A stretch of DNA of 58,117 nt, the filler included, from Platydemus manokwari (taxonomy: Eukaryota), in assembly GCA_037951405.1 (NCBI GenBank). It is 5 parts of 5 records of this genome, joined end to end, with 100 filler letters (N's around TTAATTAATTAA, not from the genome) between each part and the next. Parts side by side here need not be neighbours in the genome. Positions count along the whole stretch, not along the records: positions 35,259 to 47,931 come from JBBMOY010017792.1; positions 48,032 to 58,117 come from JBBMOY011171322.1; 3 more parts are not named here. One strand, 5' to 3'. The number at the start of each line of letters is the position of its first letter. Within the stretch, counting starts at the first letter, position 1. Both the position numbers and the translations under genes were made by a program. Positions 38,643 through 50,580 of the stretch are shown here, in pieces. The notes below the pieces were generated by a model. It did not search any database. It was not told the origin of the DNA and saw nothing but the letters and a program-made list of their open reading frames with translations.

Positions 38643-39700
38643 ATTAATATTCTACTAGTGGATGAAAAGAACCAATATAAGTATCTTGGAGTTTCGTTTG
38701 GTTCCCAAAAGAGGAAAGATATTGATGACATTTCAAGGTGATTTGTAACACGGACTTACATCTGAGCCAAAAGTTAAATGCCTTTGAAGTGTTTATACAC
38801 TCCAGACTGCCGTTTCAACTTCAAAACTTAGATGTCAGTATTCTATCATTTACCTTTTCACACAAGGGACAAATGGGTGATAAGCCCAGGGATCTCGGGT
38901 TTGATAAAAAGATCAGATGGTTAGTTAAGAAAGTGATAAGAGTTAGCTTTTTCTATCATCCCATAATGATTTTTTGGATATCTGTAAGAAGTTGGGTGGT
39001 CTTGGACTTATGCTAGAAAAGATAGAGTATTATATTATATATATTATATATTATATTATATTATATATTGACAAAGTGCTAGGGTATGTTAGTTAATAGT
39101 GTTTTACTATCTAAGGTTTCAGTGTGAGTCTTGAACTCAATTTTGTTGTCACCACGGGTTTGGCACTTCATAGTCTTGGGCCGAAATAACCTTTACTGCT
39201 GAATTTCCAGTCTTCCCGTGTAATGCAGGGTAAAGATTTGAATTGCTGTTGATGCGGCACTTCAGTGAAATCGATGTCTTCGTACTCAACCATTGCATTG
39301 GTAACCCTTATAGGACGACGTTTAAGCATAATGCAGTGCTTTCAATTTTGGTTAAAAGACTTGTTACTTTAGGATATAATGTCGACGTCGACTGAGATGA
39401 AGACTTACTTACGTCCTGACTTAATAATCCGAACTTTGGGTAGTAAAAACATGAAAAAACATACCTACCTTGTAGATTTTAAGGTGCCACTTGATAAGGA
39501 AGAAAAATTTAGGAATAACTTGGAGAGAAATTACCGAAAGTATAAAGGCCTGGCAGTTCAAATGACTAGGTAATCCAGAACTTCAATGAGTGTTCATCTG
39601 TTAAACGTAGGATTTTTAGAATTATGGGATTCATAGAATGATAGAGTCTTGAGACGATAAGAGTTAGATAGTAAGATTTCACTAAACATTTAAGAAAATT
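38643..39700 (+). mobile_element. non-LTR retrotransposon remnant with a restriction-like endonuclease (R2/NeSL-type), 3' part
   Basis: YKYLGV, LSQKLNAFEVFIHSRLPFQL, FDKKIR..VKK, FFY....GGLGL, degenerate CCHC, HNAV, LRPDLI....YLVDFKVP, RKYK; internal deletion and a (TATAT)n tract. Confidence 0.8.
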
Positions 39701-40128
39701 ATTTTTAATTATTCTCCGTATTCTTGAGTTATTTTTAATGCAAATTATTCTTATTATATATTTTTTAAAATTTACATCAATCTATTTTTGAAATTAAAAA
39801 AACAGCATTATCAGTATATAACGTATCAATTTTAATTAAAATTCACAAGTACATATTCTAATCAAATAATGAAAGCATGTCTAGTGAATAAAAAAGTGTG
39901 ATATCAAATAAAATTTAGAGAAAATCTATGATGTGACTGAAACGGTATATCAAGGTCTATAAGCTAATTGATCGAATAATTAAATTTATTATATACAAAG
40001 GATTGAAACACATACTTTGAATATAAATACTGTTTATCAAATAAACTGAAAATTCAGGATTAACTATTAAAATTTTAAAATCGATTTAAAATGTTGGATT
40101 AATATAATCTGATAAATGCATATCATTA

Positions 40129-41073
40129 ATGAATACCATCAATTCTAATGATGAAAAATTGAAAATCATTATTAATAATGAATGGAAGCTATTAAAACGA
40201 ATTGGAAATGGATCTTTTGGTGAGATTTATTCATGTATAAATATCATCACTGGTCAAGAAGCGGCTGCAAAATTAGTAAAAAACAAAACCAAATTTATCC
40301 AACAACTTCAAATTGAACGAAAAGCTTTAGAATTGTTGAGAGATGGTGAAGGAATTGTTAAAGTATTTTTGGGGGAAAAAATTTGTATTGATAATCGATT
40401 TGTAGCATTGATCATGGATCATTTGGGGCCTAGTTTGGAAGATTTGAGAATCTATTGTGATGGGAAATTTTCATTGAAAACAACAATTATGTTGGCAGAT
40501 CAAATGATTCATCGAATCGAATATTTGCACAGTCGATATTTGATTCATCGAGACATCAAACCGGAAAATTTTCTCATGGGCATTGGCAAAGAATTTAACA
40601 TTGTGTACATCATTGATTTTGGATTAGCTAAACAATATATTCATCCAAAATCCAAGAAACATATACCATTTAGAGAATTTCGTAGCCTTATTGGAACAGC
40701 GAAATATTGTAGTATTAATGCACATTGCGGTTATGAGCAGAGTCGTCGTGATGATTTGGAATCGTTAGGCTATACTTTATTGTATTTTTTAAATGGATCT
40801 TTGCCTTGGGAGAATATAGAAAACTTAAACAAATTCGAACGATTCCATTTGATTCATCATGCTAAATTGAACATCAAATTGGAAAGATTCTGTGAAAACA
40901 TTCCAGTCGAATTTATGACTTATATAAGCTATTGTAAAGGTTTGAAATATCAACAACATCCAAATTATGATTACTTAAGACAGATTCTTAGGAATCTGTT
41001 TGAGAAATTTAATCTGAAATATGATTTTCAATTCGATTGGATTACTAAAAATTCATACAATCGAATTTTATAA
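40129..41073 (+). CDS. casein kinase 1 family Ser/Thr kinase, intronless, with almost no C-terminal tail
   Basis: IGNGSFGEIY, LGPSLEDL, FSLKT..MLADQM, HRDIKPENFL, IDFGLAK, GTAKYCSINAH, EQSRRDDLESLGY. Confidence 0.96.
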   Translation: MNTINSNDEKLKIIINNEWKLLKRIGNGSFGEIYSCINIITGQEAAAKLVKNKTKFIQQLQIERKALELLRDGEGIVKVFLGEKICIDNRFVALIMDHLGPSLEDLRIYCDGKFSLKTTIMLADQMIHRIEYLHSRYLIHRDIKPENFLMGIGKEFNIVYIIDFGLAKQYIHPKSKKHIPFREFRSLIGTAKYCSINAHCGYEQSRRDDLESLGYTLLYFLNGSLPWENIENLNKFERFHLIHHAKLNIKLERFCENIPVEFMTYISYCKGLKYQQHPNYDYLRQILRNLFEKFNLKYDFQFDWITKNSYNRIL

Positions 41074-43639
41074 AATCTATTTCATCCAGTTATAAATGTA
41101 AACGATTTTAATGCATTTTACTAAACTGAACATGTTTTTGACCACACCGTATAAACAATTAAACAAAAATTGTTCAAAAATGCTTTTCTAATTTATTACA
41201 TAATCATTATCACTTTAAGATAACGTTAAAATCATTTCTTTTATATAGATATTTTAACTATACGTATTCAAGCCTGAGTCCACTAGTTTTTCAATTTAAA
41301 TACGCCTGTTGAGTGTAGACTGATTTTCTTACCGACTGCACACCCCTGATTTTAACTATCATCACTGAATGGAATTTAATATTTTGAAATATTATTATAT
41401 TTTTTAAGATTCTTCGAATATACATTATCTGTATTTGATATCATTTGATAACGTCATTTATTCTATTTCTATTCGCAAATCAACCCAGTGACAATCAACA
41501 AAGAAATTACTTTACTGAAAGTAAATTGATGAGGCCGTTAAAATTAAATGAGTCACTGTTGTCAGAGATATGTCATTCTTTCGAAAACAACCTATTAGTC
41601 TAGCTCTCGCGTACACTTCAACTATTCGAATAATTTAATACAAAATTTATAATTCGCTATTGGCTCCCACCTTGTTTATCAACAGCACATTGATAATTAT
41701 CAAAAATATATCTTCGTCTCGACACTTCTACAACCTCACAAGCATCTAGCTGCTAAACTAATATTCCATAACAGACATTTTCGTTAAATATGGTCTATTT
41801 TACTCTACACGACCTTACTTCTACGTAAGAATCTAAAAATACATCTGAAAATCCAAGTTAAAATTGAAAAAAATAATAATTTTCATATCGGAAATATCTA
41901 TCATTTGAGTCATAATAATTGTCAGAATCAAAGAATTTGGAAATATTTACGAAAAATTTCAAAGAAAAAAGCAAGGTATTACTTTATCATTTTTTAATTT
42001 GAAATGATTGAAGGGACATATATTGTCGGTATATTGGGAACCATTTTAAAAAGTATTTGATATTATGCCTCTCCAAAAATATTTTTTTCTAAAACTTTTT
42101 AAATTCATTTAGAAATTTTTCGAATACCAAAACATCCAAATTGACTTCAGACACACAATTTACGTATACTCAGCATTTTTATAACAAAGTACAGACGTTC
42201 TGATATGCATATAGTGAGCTGACAGATGAGCAAACTTTACCATAGCATGCTTTTCCAATGATACACCCTCATTCAGATCAGAATTTGAATTTTTATGACC
42301 AGACTAGCAAACTGGATTTATAGTTTATCATAATCATTTATTAGAATTAGTGATGGTTAATGTAGACAGCACGACATTGGTTAGTCTAATCTGCAAGTTG
42401 ACTTTTCAATTTAGCTTTTAGTTAGTGAAACAAAATTTAATAGACTTATTTAATATTCTGATTTTCGGTCACTTTATGCAAGTCATATCATTCATAAAGG
42501 CACACGGGGGTATCAAAATACTCTGACAGGAACTTTTTAGTAATATAATCTGAAAAGCTGAAAAGTTTTTTACATGGAAAAATTGTCTCTTTATATTAAT
42601 AGAATCGCTGTTACAAAACTGCAACGGAGAAGATAACGATAATAGTTCAATTTCCATCACGTTGAAGGATTTTAACTTCTTGAAATTAGAGCTCCTTGGT
42701 ATGGCGTCAGCTCAGATAGTGTATTGTGCATTGCACCTAAATTGAGACCAGATGATTGCAATTTAAAGTAACTTTATGAAATAATCAATATTTATTTATT
42801 CTGTACAGATACTATTGTCTCATTGGTTCTATTTCATACTAAACTTGTTGGTGTCCTGCTCACTGATTTCTACCATAGAATTCCTGGAATATATTCTATA
42901 ATTCCATACACACGAGTTTTTATTTATTTTTTTCAAAAACAAAGTATGTCACATATTTTTCGTTACCATCATATTCTATATCATCTGCACAGTAAACCTA
43001 AGACAGGTGAAATGCAAGGAATGTAGCTGTAATCTGTCAGTCTTTTAACAGCAACCATATTAAAGAGTAAATTAAAGAGCATTTTTATCAGTAATGTTTC
43101 ATGTTATAGCAAACTATTTATAAAAGCCAGCAACATGTTCAACAGTGTGACGTTTCCCAACAAGCAATCAACATAAGGCTGTAAATACCAGATTCCAGTT
43201 AGAATGATTTATTTTTGTTAATGGTCCAACAACTCACATCAATAGTCTGGATATTTTATTTTTGATTACTTCCGGTTTCTCATTGCACATCTGATCAGCT
43301 ACAATGTTGATTGTACAGTGAATGAGCAAAAGTAAGTTTTGTTCTGATGATCTGTATTTCATCATCTTCTACAATCTCGTAATCCAGTGAGTAATGGCAA
43401 CTTTCATGATCGCATAAACTTTTTTGCATGCATTCTTGTTTCACTGGCAGGACTCAGTAGCTTTAAATACAAAATTCTTGCTTAACTTTTCAATCAAACA
43501 CTTAACTTCAAATTTTACCATTGTAATTAACTATCTAAATTACTGATCAAAAAATTTAAGCAATTAAAAATTTTAGCTATTAAACTATTAATTAATCCTT
43601 AATTCCCGCAACCCTAATAAGTAATAACAAATTTTCCAC

Positions 43640-44490
43640 CAAGCTTCACATTTAGAAAGAAATAAGCACTGGGGTTTAAAAAGTATTAAGTCTTTTTGCT
43701 TTTAAATTATTATTAGTTTGGAATTACAGTTTTAAAAAGGAAATCTATTGAATATTTTCTTTTGACATTACCACAATTCAAGGAGTCAAACAAAAAACCC
43801 TATACTTTATTGGATAACAAAATACAAGAAATGGTGCAAACACAATTATACAACCACATAGATGTGCCAATAAAATTCAGAAGAAATTGAAGTGACCCAA
43901 TTGGCATTCTTATCGCAATAAGAAAACAATTTGTTTTTATACAAGACATTTTTTAATCCAAATTATCATTCTCGGTTATCACTATTTTTTGCTATTTATT
44001 TTTTATCTCAGCTTTTGCATCATTTTATAATGGATTATTTAATATTTTCCAGTCCATATCACCATAATACAAATGGATTGATTGGCCGACAATTTAGAAC
44101 GATAAAAGACTATATAAATGCGACGGTGAAGGATAGGTAGCACACAAACTTGGTTTCAATATTACCAGAAATCGAATATACATTGAAGGCGATAGTCTAA
44201 AAAACGATTGATGTCAGTCCGGCAGAAGTTATATTTGGAAGGAAGATAGACAGATAACGTTGGTATGGCAACAACAGAGTAGATCGAGAAGAAATTTAAC
44301 GAAACATTGAGGATAAACAAAAAAGAGAAACAGTTGAAATAACAAAACGCAAATTTAAGATAGGTGACAAGATATTAGTAAAACAGGAAGTACGAAATTA
44401 AGATCAAGAAAGATATGATGGTCCGTACAAAGTAATAGGAAAAATTATGAAAGAGGTTACTAATTACAAGATAAAAATGGTAAACCGTAG
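43640..44490 (+). mobile_element. Ty3/gypsy integrase remnant
   Basis: FSSPYHHNTNGLIGRQFRTIKD, LPEIEY, SPAEVIFGR, FKIGDKILVK, YDGPYKVI; multiple stops. Confidence 0.85.
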
Positions 44491-45363
44491 GTTATAGACT
44501 TTATTTGTCATTCTCGTACTAATCAGTACGACTGACAAAATAACATAGATACAATCACAGCTAATACTCGTACTACTCAAAAACGTAGCCAAAACCTGGT
44601 TTCCAACTGGTAGTTTTGCCAAAAATAAACACTTTTCATGATTTCATCTTGCACAATATGAAATTGATTCATTTAAATAAATTGTTCTGGAACCTTCTAT
44701 TAATATGTATTTTTGGATTTAACTAAATTACTAATGATTTTATTTTAGAATTTTTCATAGAATATTTATTCAAAATTTTTGATTATTTTTAAAAACTTTA
44801 TTTTTTTACATACTCGACAATATGCTATTTAAAATTATAATCTATAGGATGAAAAACTGAATCTGATAGTGTCGGAATAATGTATTCTAAAAGTGTAGTG
44901 TCTTTAAGTGGAATTGGATTAATAGACCTCCATTCCTCACATGATCCAGTCAAATCCACCAAGAGGCCTGACCATTGACGAATATCCGTGAGTTTTGAAC
45001 CAAAATTTGTTCATAACTTTAATTTTAGTCATACAGTTAAAGATGAAAAAAGATAACTTAATATCAATTAATTAAATGAAATTAATAATAAACTGATCTT
45101 AATAGTCAAAATTTCAATAAAATAACAGTGATAACTAAAATTAAAAAATGAGATTAATTGAAAATTTATTATTATATAATTATCAATATAATCATTAATT
45201 TAATTGATTCTGGACATGTTTTTTTAATTAATCAGAAGTAATTAGCAAAATTTTTCTTATTAATATTAGAGTGGATTTGATAAAGTTCCGAAATTCTAAA
45301 TAGTGAGTCGATTTAAATTCTGTCATAGATTGCAGCTATATTTCTTTATTGGCTGTGAAAATA

Positions 45364-45573
45364 ATGTCTAATAAATCAAAATTACAGTTTGGGATAATAT
45401 TTAATAATCTCATCACAAACGATTATTATCGTTTTCAAATCAATAACAATAATGACGGTGATGAACCCGTGGAAGCTGAAACACCAGTAGAAGAAGAAGC
45501 GGTTCCTGAACCACCGAAAGTAGAAGCTCCGAAAGAGGAACCGAAAAAGGGTGGATGTTGTATTATTTCTTAA
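45364..45573 (+). CDS. small acidic/Pro-rich CaaX protein, or the last exon of a longer gene
   Basis: ..EPVEAETPVEEEAVPEPPKVEAPKEEPKKGGCCIIS*, a GC-richer coding-like patch ending in CaaX with an adjacent Cys; AATAAA at about 45642. Confidence 0.6.
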   Translation: MSNKSKLQFGIIFNNLITNDYYRFQINNNNDGDEPVEAETPVEEEAVPEPPKVEAPKEEPKKGGCCIIS

Positions 45574-46169
45574 CTATTATCTTAACAGTAGTAATTCATT
45601 TTTAATTTTTTTTTATCATGAAAAATTGAAATTTCCTTTAGAATAAAAAATATTAATAGCTTTTTATTTGATTAGAACATGTTATTATTTCTGATATTTG
45701 ATATTCTATATTGATTATCTTAAAAAAATGTTCCACAATTTGAAAAGAAATAATTTAAGAATTGTAATACGTTGAGGTGGGTTTAATATTTTCATGTATG
45801 CCAAGTAAAACTAGAGCTTGAGTTCTTGGAAATGTCTTTAGGAACATTGATATGAAAATCAAAAATAATTTTACAGCACAGACTAGCTTTATAAAACTAT
45901 AAAAATTGTAGACATCGTTTGGTCTAAATCAGTTAAATATTTGAGTCTTTAAATGAATTTATTATTATTTATGTTATTATTATATGAATTATAATAATTA
46001 TTGTCAAGTACTTATTATAAAATCCAATTATCTAAGGATTGTAGTTATGCATATTAGTTTGATGAAAATTCAAATAATAATATTAATATTATTTTTCTCA
46101 AATAAAAATTTTATAAGTTTTAAAGAAATGTTTAATTGCTATTGCTAGACATATCGTTTCACCCAGTAA

Positions 46170-47400
46170 AAGACTTAGAAGAGAGACAGTATGTTGATAT
46201 CAATTATTTTTTTCTGAAGCTCTGAACAGTTTGCATACGTTTTGTTCTTTCTTTACTTGTCTTATTTTTTCGATAATCAAAATGGCAAGAAATTTCTCAA
46301 GATCCTTGAGCATTTTAAAACAGTTGACTGAGATTAAAGTAAATATTTTAATAGGAAACGATAATATGATACCATCGAAATTAAGAAATCTATTTGGAAA
46401 TGAATCGCAAAAATATAAAACCAAGCCTTATTTAAAATTTTTAAACAATAATTATAAGAAGTAATCAACTATTAAACATATAATTACACATTATAATTCT
46501 GATATTAGTCGTAAATTAATTGCATCAAATAAAATTTCCAATTTAATGACTCAAAATTGGAAACCGTGTAACATCAGAGAAAAACTTATGTAAAATGCGG
46601 TGTCAGTTGTTAATTTAAACAATGATAAATAAAGAAGATAGATAAATTGTTTAAGTTACAAAAAGAACAACCTCTTAGAGAACGGAATATAAAGAAGTTA
46701 TTCTAATAAATTAATGAATAGTTCATGTCAAATAACGAAGCAATATAACGAGATTCGAAAGAAAATACCAACTTATACAGGAAGTGATTTTTATAAAAAA
46801 AAATCAATAAGATTCAGCAGATGAAACAATTTTTGTGAAACATCTCTTTACACAATATCATATATTGTGTTATTAGTGTGACAGCTTCAATAAGGGATTT
46901 TTGGGATTTTTTAAAAAAATGTAAACAAGATCTGGTTAAAATTCATTACGCTATTCACCGGTAGCATGTACTGACAAAACCTTTAGGACATCGAATCGCA
47001 TGGCAAATCAATAGTTATAAAACTTGTATATTATCTTAAATTAAATATTTGGTAAAATCGGCTCATTTATTAACTTTGAGAATTTTCATGAATACGAAGG
47101 TTTATGTGCTACAGTTTGAATTAGAAAAGCATGCCATAATTATACATGGAAGTAGTCTCGAAGAATTTTTGAAAAATAGTACAACTGGAAATAATATGTT
47201 TTCAGTAAAGAATGACATATTTTATTTATCAAATATATTTGAGAAGTTAAATTCTCTTGACAATAAATTATCTGGAAAGAATTCAAATCAGATATTTAAT
47301 TACAACACCATTGAATTTACTTAAACTTCATTGGGACAACTTAAACGCAGTGAATATTTTCAATTTTCCAACATTTCCCAATATTGTTTACATAGCGAGG
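46170..47400 (+). mobile_element. hAT (Buster/ZBED5-like) transposase remnant
   Basis: NDNMIPSKLRNL, LIASNKISNL..KP.NIREKL, IHYAIHR, DIFYLSNIFEKLNSLDNKLSGK. Confidence 0.75.
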
Positions 47401-47931
47401 ATCCCCAGAAACATATTGTTTGGTTGCGGTAGATGTTAATTTTGCTGTTCAAATAACTCAACACCGTGAGTCCCTTTATTATTTTATATGTATATATCAA
47501 CAACACTCGAAAAATTACCAAAAACTTTTATTGAAATAACACAATCAAATTAAATACAACAGTTTAACTCAATGCAGTTTAGCTCACACAAAGATTGTAT
47601 AAAAAACAAATTGAGTATGGTTATCTCACAGAGACCGTGAGAACCAAAAAAATTTCCTTATAATTTTATTATAGATATTATTATGTGTGCTCCAAAGGTG
47701 GATCCTTTAGAGTCAAAAAATGATTTGGGATTGATTTACAACTAATAGTTTATTATTACTTTTTCGTAACTATTTCTGGTATAGAAGAGTATTCAAAACA
47801 ATTTATTTGTCGATGAATTCAAAACCTTTGATTACTAAAGTTAACCGAATTTTTTGAGAGTGAATTGTGATGGAAATCCATCAGCTTATATAGATGCTGA
47901 GATTCGGTACTTTGTACCTAGGAATTTCCAT

Positions 47932-48031
47932 NNNNNNNNNNNNNNNNNNNNNNNNNNNNNNNNNNNNNNNNNNNNTTAATTAATTAANNNNNNNNNNNNN
48001 NNNNNNNNNNNNNNNNNNNNNNNNNNNNNNN
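47932..48031. other. artificial contig spacer
   Basis: Same N/TTAATTAATTAA linker. Confidence 0.98.
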
Positions 48032-48169
48032 GAGCAATTGGCAGAAAGATGGCTTCGAGTCATTGAAAATGATGGACTGTACTTCGAGGAATAATATGTT
48101 CAGCGTTACAACAATTTGTGTTAATAAAATACCTGCATAAAAACATGAATAACTTTTGACTCAACCTGG
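48032..48169 (+). mobile_element. mariner transposon 3' end (transposase C-terminus and TIR), followed by TA
   Basis: EQLAERWLRVIENDGLYFEE* (mariner C-terminal pattern); TIR ...ATAACTTTTGACTCAACCTGG|TA. Confidence 0.9.
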
Positions 48170-49475
48170 TACAATGTTGTTTTCATTTCATCAGCAAATA
48201 TGTACAATACTCTGAACATGAATACTTTTATTTCACTTTCAAAAATAAATGCTTTTTTTCGGATAAAACAATTAAATTATTGCACAGTGGTTCTTCGAAC
48301 TAGAGGAATGTTTCCGTGGTGTTTTTTTCCAGTAAAAACGTTTAAAACCACCCATATATTTTATATTAATTATTTATATCTGAATATTTTTAGAGTTTAT
48401 GCGAAATTATGAAAAATCGTACAAAGAGTGAGATTTGGTAATAAATGATAATTTTCCTACTGTATTAATAGTTAGAAATTACGAAAAGAACGCCATTGCC
48501 TCTAAGAATGTAAGATGATATTGTTCTAGTTTTATTTATTTTTAAATTTACGTCTTATTGACTGCGATGTTCAATTCTTGTTAGCTTCAATTAATAATTA
48601 TAATTGAAACCTTGAATATTCTCTTTGCCTTTAAATCTTTTATTTGCATCTATATCATACTTACATCCAGATTCATCAGTATTTCTAATTTCACCAGGTG
48701 CTTGTTCAGTTGTATTTCTTTAGATTAATCTGTCATTTAAAAATGAAGAAATCGAATAAACGTTGTCATGTTTATCCGACGAAATGCGGTATATCTTGTA
48801 TTTCGGATATTGAAATGAATCGCTTTGTATTTCAACTTAAAACTTTTATTATTCGATTTTTCGTAATATTTTTGGATTGAATTATGAAGTTTTATATTAA
48901 CCTGGTGACATTGTCAACATATATTGACCAAGCTAATGCTCTTAAATAGAGTTAACATGAGTATAGAAAGCCAAAATCTTATATTGAAGACAACATTAGA
49001 AAAGAGTTTAGTTTCTATTTATGAAGATAGTGAGGAAGTAATTGTGTATCTCAAGAAAGATTTTGAAGGTTTCTAAAACACTAGGAATTCGAATAATAAA
49101 CTCGAAACTTGTTTTTGTGAAGGTTGGTTTGTGAATAAATTTATGAAACATGTGTGTGGCAAAATGATTTAACAATCAATATGTAGCATTTTTGTTTTAA
49201 TAAGACACGAAATCAATAAGTTTGTTTGCTAATATTCTGTGAGAATTCACTCAAATTAATTTTAATTTCTCTAGTTTGTTTTCTAGTACTTTCAATACAC
49301 TATCCAGTTAATTAGATAATTCTTTACCGGAAGATAATGAAATATGATTGATGCATAGACTCGTCCTTTGGAATAAATAGCTCCTTGAAATAATTAGCAT
49401 AACTTTTATAGTTAGTGAGGCTGATTCTGATTATAATTATTATTTTATAATTGATTAATAAAGTAAGTAGACAAT

Positions 49476-50580
49476 ATGACGTCATAACTACATTCAATCA
49501 AAAATACTAGTTTTGAGTGTTCCAAACAAATCTAACTTTTCTCTTTCATTGTTTTGTTTCAGCCGAAATATAAATTTTCTATTTCCCTCTTTTTCGGACA
49601 TGTTCGTCATCATGTTTGCAAACCACTCTGCTTGGACAATCACCTTTGTATCTCCTGAATGACCTTTATTCCATGAAATTTATGTATCTTGAATTGCTCA
49701 AATAAGCTTTCGATTTACCAGCTCACCCCAGCAAAACAACCCCTATGCTTCAGAAATTCATTTTGTGGTGCTTGTTTTCCTTTGCAAGAATTATAAAATT
49801 TCGTGGCTAGTAACTTTATTGATTCTTGTAGTCTCTCTTTAATTCTGACACCATTATCAGTTTTCAACTATCTCGTGACATCAATTCATTTTCTTTTGCA
49901 TATGATTCTTTTCCGTATTTCCTGCACAATATTTTTGAAATTGTCCATTTGGTTCCTGTAATTTTCTGAAGTCCTCCGAATACTCTCGATATTTACAGGT
50001 TTAACCTAAATAATTTTTTCCAAATTAGATGTGAGATTTTTTCTTCTTTTACTTGTCAAGAGTCGAATTTAATTAAAGACTTCTTGAGTTTGTTGCTTTA
50101 CATGTCATACAAATAGTCTTGTGAATTGTTGATATCTTTTTTTCTAATACTTCTATGACTAGTTGGCGTTCACGCAGCTCATAGCTTCTGTATTTCACTT
50201 CTAAGTGCTGACAATTCATTAACTTTGTCATTCATCAATTTGACATTTGAAAAAGTTACGATAAACCAAGCCTTGATAGGGTCATTTGCAACACCCACTT
50301 TTTGTTACTAAGACCCTTCCACTCTCTTGGAATTAAATATCAATCACGAATGATAACTTCATCTGGATAAAAATTGCAAACATTTATAGTCATTTGTAAC
50401 TATTTCCTTGCCTCGTCGGACGAGTCATTGTAAAATCTTGGTCTTGGAACCAGAATCTTTGTCTTCCTTCTTGTCTTGATCGAATGAGCAATTAAATTTC
50501 GATGTGGTCACCAATAAGAAGCCAAATGACGTCATATTTTTATTCAATCAAAAACAAGAGTTCTGAATATTCAAACAAAT
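49476..50580 (-). mobile_element. small non-autonomous LTR-like element (short direct repeats around a gag-like remnant)
   Basis: ~55-bp imperfect direct repeats at 49476-49531 and 50526-50580. PBS-like TGGTGACCACATCG lies near the upstream repeat and PPT-like AAAAAGAGGGGA at about 49582-49593, with a decayed gag/knuckle-like sequence between. Confidence 0.5.
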
